The notes under the pieces: model-generated
What the model saw: the letters and a program-made list of their open reading frames with translations, nothing else
What the model was told of the DNA's origin: nothing
Database searches by the model: none
NCBI GenBank assembly: GCA_021432655.1
Contig: MU271478.1
Span: 1-56,917 of the forward strand
DNA: 56,917 bases
From: Atractiella rhizophila
Lineage: Eukaryota
Direction: 5' to 3'
In this document: piece after piece, positions 51,271 to 56,917 of the stretch
Numbering within the stretch: position 1 is the first letter of the stretch
Layout: every line of letters begins with the position of its first letter
Made by a program: the position numbers and the translations under genes

Positions 51271-52351
51271 ATGGCCTTAACAGACATCTCGTTGCAATAT
51301 GTCCCTCTCCGCGGTCTCGTTGAGCCACTCCTTCTCATGCTCATCAATTCGGGTCGTCATTTCGAGTACTCCACGATCACATATGAAGAAATCTCTGCAT
51401 TGAGAGAACAAGGAAAGTTGAATCCTGAGGATGGTTATCCTTTCGGATTCTTTCCCATTCTGAAAGCAAAGTATCATGGCGAATCATTCATCCTCTCAGA
51501 ATGTTTGGCCATTGCTGCATTGTTGGAAGAGGAGTTTGGGGGAAGTATCCTGGTAAGGCTCCTCTCTCGATGTACGAGAAATGCTTAAGGGAGAGAAAGG
51601 CAAAAAAAGGGCCCCTCATAAAGGCGAAAGAGAAAATGTTGACAACCGCCGCGGCGACGCATCGATTCAACATTTTCTACATCACCGAGCCAGTGCGCAA
51701 TTTTACTTTATCGCGATAAAAGGAATATTCACTGACATTCGTCTTGAAAGGGCTGGATAACGGTAGAAAAGTTGGAGGGATACAAGCAAGAGTTTGTTCT
51801 CACAAACTTGCGGCGCCTGGAATATCAACTCAACACAAAAGACTTCGACCACTTCTTCAGCGTTTCCTCCGAAAGTAAGTATTTTCTCAAGTTCGGTTGG
51901 AGCTTCAGTGACAGGACGCCAAGATGAACCGCTCAGTGTGGCAGAAGCATACATCGCCTATGCACTCGACCTCATGATTCTCTTCTGGCCGACTGTCTTC
52001 CCTAACTCCATTCCATCCGCCTCTCTCGCTCTGCACTCAGCTCTCGAACCAAATCCAGATCATGCAAACTTCATGAGGCGAATCGAAAGCCATTCCATCG
52101 ACGAGGTAGGCAAAGACACCGAGTTTCCTCTTTGTGCAAAACTGCATTGGAATGTGTATCACGGACGAAGCAGGATACGGGAATGGTGGGTAAAAGGAGA
52201 AAGAGATGGACATAAGAGGGATCTGAGCATATGCAAAGGAGAAGAGGGATCTTGGGAATACATTGTGACGCATTTGAAGGCTTTAAAGGAGCAAGGAGGA
52301 GCGGCTGTGAAAGAGACAGATATGTTAGAGAACTCATCTGACTCTTTTTGA
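51271..52351 (+). CDS. Glutathione S-transferase-like protein, copy 2 (tandem paralog)
   Basis: Highly similar to copy 1, with the same intron positions; starts 1440 bp downstream. Confidence 0.72.
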
Positions 52352-53134
52352 GCTCTCTACACGTGTGAAGGAATAAACATTATGGCCAAATACCGAAGCG
52401 TCATCAGATTCCGTCAAAGTAGACATGAATGAATAAGGTCATTAGTTATTACTTAGGACGAGGAAGATAGTGGTGCGTGTGGCAATCTGGTTAACGGTTG
52501 GTTCTTCAGACAACCAAGGGCCACATGGATGATGCAGAGTGCCGTGGTTAGGAGCACATGAAAGAGAAATGATGGGAGAGAAGGCATATGACGCGGGTGT
52601 ATATGCGTTAAAAAATGGAAGACGGAGGATGAAGCGCAACGGGTTCGTGATACAAATGAGAAGCGGTCAAGTTACTGTATGGATTGCCCATTATCATTAT
52701 CCATTTTGAGCCAACCTTTTACAATTTAGATACAAGGAAAGGAGGCAGCCACAAGTGTTACAGTATAGCCTACAACTGTCTTTGACTTAGATTTGCGAAA
52801 AAATGTTTTGGGATGAAGTAAACAAACAACCACGCTTACCACTGGCATTGTTGGTACCCCCCAAGTCGCAATCGCGTTCTTTCCATCTTTAGCCCCAACT
52901 GGCGCCTATACCTGCCCTACGCTTAAGGATATTTCTTAACAGCTAAGAGAACAATCATTGCTCCAAAAAAGGCAGGAAAGATTAGGTTTCCTAGGGCCAA
53001 CTTACGGACAGTGCCTCGAGCTGAAGAATCAGGAGGCCAAGAATCCTTCCAGCTTCAACACAAGAACCACTCCCTTCATCCTATCAAACGTCACCTAATA
53101 GTGCCAGCCTTGAGGCGTCTGATTCTGGCCCGAG

Positions 53135-54839
53135 ATGCACTTTGGACGTCAGGTACTGCTTGTTGATTCAGCACTGTATCAGGCAGCTGATTTTATCAAT
53201 GTAGCCCACGTCTTACTACAAGAAGAAGAACTACGAGTTCCAGCATGTTTTGGGATCTGGGACGTTTGGAAGCGTGAAGAAGGCGACTTGGTTAACTCAC
53301 GATCCTCCTATTGATGTCGCAGTGAAGATTATCAAGAAGCACAGTGTGAAAGGACAGGAACAGGTGGTATGGGATGAAATGGAGGTTATGAAGCATTTGG
53401 ATTCGAATCGCATTGGTACGTTGCTGCTATACTCCTTTATCGTAGTATTATGGGCGGTTGTTTATAGGAATGCTGGTTAATAGTTAAATTCTTCGACTGG
53501 TTTGAATCCCGAGAGAAGTACTACCTCGTTTTTGAACTTGCGTCTGGAGGAGAGCTCTTCGATCGAATATGTGAGAGAGGGAAGTTCACGGAGGTCGATG
53601 CCGTGGAAGTCATTCGCGCGACGTTGGTGCGTTCTCTCTAACCTTTCCGATAAGCATGTTCGCTTGCTCACGTCTCAATTTAGGAAGGAGTCGAGTATCT
53701 TCATTCCAACGACATCGTTCATCGAGATTTGAAGCCCGAAAATTTGCTTTATCGTGAACAAGGCTCCAACGAGCTGGTCATCGCTGACTTTGGCATTGCG
53801 AAGCACCTGAGCAGCAGTGATGAGATGCTCACGACAGTTTGCGGGAGCCCGGGTTATGCTGGTTAGCACCTTCGTTCCGCTTACCTCCTTGGCGACTGAC
53901 GCAGTCGGAATGATAAAGCGCCCGAGGTTTTAAACAAGCTAGGACATGGAAAGCCAGTTGATGTTTGGAGCGTTGGGTCCGTCTACTCTCTTGGGTTGAT
54001 GCCACAACTGAACAAGATTGTGCAGGATCATTACCTACACGCTGTTCGTCACTCTTCACCGTAATAGCCTTGAGGCTAATAAATGTTGCTCACAGACTCT
54101 GCGGATACACACCGTTCCGTTCTGAGGATCGGCGCGAATTGATTGCTGAAACAACTCGAGCGAAAATTGAATTGTCAGTGTCCCTTTTGATCCATCATTG
54201 TTTTCTCATCTCTGACAAATGCTTTACAGTCATGATCGGTATTGGAAGAATGTCTCCGAAGCCGCTAAGATGTTCATCAAAACGCTGCTGAAACCGGATC
54301 CATCGGAACGTCCCACAGCGACTGCAGCGCTCAACCTTCCTGTTCGTCCTCTTTGCTTGCCGACTCCCTGTCTTGTCCTGATCCGAAGCCCAGTGGCTTT
54401 CTAGCTTCAAACCCTCCACCGAGCACGATCTTTCTAGTGGTCTGCGTGAGAACTGGAACCCTCGTCGGCATTGGAAATCTGCCATTTCGGCCGTTCGTAT
54501 GACTGGGCGTCTGAAGGGGCTGTTGAGTGTGAAAAACATGCAGCAATCTTTGGAGGATACGGATAGCGATGTTGGTACGTAACACTTTCCTTTACTTTCA
54601 TTTGTAGGAGGAGCTTTTGAAATCCTGACTTGCGATTGGTTGTAGAATATCATACGGGAGAAGAAGACAATCTGGACGAAGGAACAAAGTCGAAACGACA
54701 CAGCAAGCACCCGTCGCAAGACTTCAACAAAGACGCGTCCAAAGAGGCATCGAAGGAAGCATCGAAGGAACCCGTCCCTGAGCCTCTTGTCGCTCCAGAA
54801 GCAGTTAATCTCCAGCCTCACGATGCTGTAAAGTCGTAA
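53135..54839 (+). CDS. CMK1: Ca2+/calmodulin-dependent protein kinase (CaMK1 type)
   Basis: [62 protein letters not shown], and calmodulin-binding-like [14 protein letters not shown]. Confidence 0.93.
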
Positions 54840-55257
54840 AAGTTCCCCTGGTCTGGTCTAACGATTGTCATGTAACGATCTGTCCTGCTCGCCCTCAATC
54901 TCCATTTTGTTTCCTTTCTCCTTGGGTTCAGAGTTGGTTCTGTTCGAAAAAACTAAGTTGCTGACTTCTTTATTGATATCAAGCGAGAGTTCTTCTGCCA
55001 TTTGTAAATGAAAGCGCGGTGCAGATAGACCTGATATGTAATAGGAATAGTGGTTCATTGTAACAATATCCCAGAGAAGCCTTGAAGAGCAGGCAAGCAG
55101 AATCTTCATAGAGTTTAACACATTTCACATTCTCTGACAGTTTACAGAAACAGACAAAGCGACAGAACACAAGCTGTTGCACAACAGCATCCCATAAATC
55201 AGCTCATAAGTTAATGAAGCTTCTCCCATGCGAACCGTTAAGTCTTCACATTCGAGA

Positions 55258-56580
55258 TCAAGCAGTGCGTCTGAGGACCTTCGCAGCCACCCTCTTGAAG
55301 AACCGATTCTTCTTCTTCTGCTCTCCAGCCGCTTTCCCTTTCCCCGTTTTCTGGCACTGCGCTAATTGGTTTCTGCATTGGTGGGATTTGGAAAAGGACA
55401 GCAGGTAGTCCACCGCAGCTGAACTCTTCGCGGGAGTGATGGTGATTGGAGCACCGGTTGGCGTTTGAGGGATGTAGTTCGCTTTCTTTGGAGAGCGGGG
55501 CGAAGCGATTTCCTTGGCTGCGATCAATCACAATTGTTGTTCAGATATTGCCTAAAGTTGAGAGAAGGAGGACTAACCCAGTTCGAGCTCGAATAGGTGG
55601 TCTAATGCGTCTACGTATTCGAGGGGAACTGCCCTCTCTACATATCCCAGTAAAGGAGTCAGAAAACCTAATAAAGAATAGTGAAAAGGGGAAGACGGTT
55701 ACCTCTCCAAAATACGAAGCCACCCTCTTCCATAGTCTCCCAAGTCAACATCCTGATTGGACCGACGACCTCCCAGGCCTCGACGCCTTCCCACCTCCTT
55801 CTCCCTTCCAAAATAGACATCCTCCCAAGCACCCTCTCTTCCATCCCTTTGCTCACTCCGACATCTTTCTTCGGCGCGAACCTGAACTTTCGCTTGCTAT
55901 TTTCCACCAACGTTTGGAGCGAAGAACTAGATTTGTCCGAGTCTTTCTTACAAGTTGAAGTAGAGAGGATGGCTGAAACGTGCGGATGGTCCGGTTGAGG
56001 TTCGACGAGGGAGCAAAACACGCCGGAAACCGAGGTTGGCATTCCCCCTTCAACTGGCATCTCGGTTTGTGCTCCCACTCCGTCGATGGAAGACTGGATG
56101 GTGGACACGGTAGATAATCTCGAGCCAAGTGGATATTGAAAATCCAAGTAGACTTTGGGAGCAGGAAGGTCGAGAGGGAGGAGGGAGAAGCCTTGATGGA
56201 TTGGGATGACAGGCTTGAGGCGAGGAGTTGGAGGGTAGATAAAACTCTTTTTTTCCGCGTCCAAGCTGTATATGTAACCTAACCATACAGTGAACATCCT
56301 TTGCAGATGCTTGAAAAGGAGGAGCCCACCGAGATCGTCTACTCCCAATCGTCTTACTTCTAGGAAGTCCGCTAGCTCTTCCTCTGTCAATCCCTCTGCG
56401 GCGGCGAGACGTTGAGCGCTCTCGCTCAATCCATAATGGTTTGCTGCGGTTTTCGCGGGAGTGGGGAGCTTGACCGCTGACGAAGCGGGAAAGAGGATGG
56501 ACTGTGGACTCAAATGGGCTTGCAACTCTTTCTCCAGGAACGAGACTTACCTTGATCTTTAGAGATTGGGCGAAAGGCAT
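55258..56580 (-). CDS. Hypothetical four-exon protein
   Basis: MPFAQSLKIK joins via a 49-nt GTAAGT..CACAG intron to the long exon (SILFPASS...FVFWR), then ERAVPLEYVDALDHLFELEL and a final exon ending KVLRRTA* at 55258. Confidence 0.65.
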
Positions 56581-56818
56581 GTTACTGTATTAGTTGAGTG
56601 TAATTGATATATGTAAAGGGAGCGTGAGGTGCGTGAGGTCGTCAGATAATAAGCATGAGTGGGGGATTAGGAAATGGTCGTTGTTGTCGGAAGTCGGGAC
56701 GCAAGGCTTCCACGTTCTTTAGGGTTAGGGTTGTGCCATCCTCGTCCGCGTCACCACAAATTTTGCCGCTCCCAGTTCCCAGTCAGCATAACCCTCCCCC
56801 AACCCAAAACAAGCAGGG

Positions 56819-56917
56819 ATGTCCACCCCCGCCACCTCCCCACAAGCCGAAACAGCCCTCACGCGAGCGACCTCGTTCATTCAGGCACACCGGAAGGCCC
56901 TCATTATCACTGCCCTC
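56819..56917 (+). CDS. 5' start of a gene running off the window; N-terminal signal-anchor resembling Tom70
   Basis: MSTPATSPQAETALTRATSFIQAHRKALIITAL is open to the window end. Basic residues then a hydrophobic run resemble fungal Tom70 N-termini, but only 33 codons are visible. Confidence 0.4.
   Translation, partial: MSTPATSPQAETALTRATSFIQAHRKALIITAL

Noticed and set aside
50113..51600. Apparent frameshift at intron 1 of GST copy 2
   Set aside because: Using the downstream GAGAGAAAG acceptor (45 and 47-nt introns) keeps both copies in frame.

Overview
Gene-dense, intron-rich fungal nuclear DNA. Short (~45-70 nt) introns with GTRAGT/GTNCGT donors and CTRAC branch sites point to a basidiomycete, possibly Pucciniomycotina (inference). 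I read about 25 protein genes, mostly housekeeping: myosin I tail, DNA2, OXA1, TRP2, an APC amino acid permease, MCM1, RRG7, a siderophore N-acyltransferase, a DUF4139/DUF4140 protein, an aldehyde dehydrogenase, a Yvc1-like TRP channel, PRP5, NAF1, a SET6-like gene, two SDRs, RFC2, two tandem GST-like genes, CMK1 and several orphans. No transposon or CRISPR is evident. The main oddities are: (1) an intact tRNA-Asp(GUC)-like gene at 48212-48282 that keeps the AspRS identity elements but has lost U33 and the purine at 37; (2) an in-frame TAA inside the zinc finger of the SET6-like gene that is also a strong splice donor; (3) a frameshifting 233-bp tandem duplication in the permease 5' region; (4) a cluster of SreA/Urbs1-type GATA boxes upstream of the unclustered siderophore acyltransferase; (5) tandem Tyr-type GST paralogs whose C-termini differ by a 1-nt indel. 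All gene models were spliced by eye and no database searches were run.
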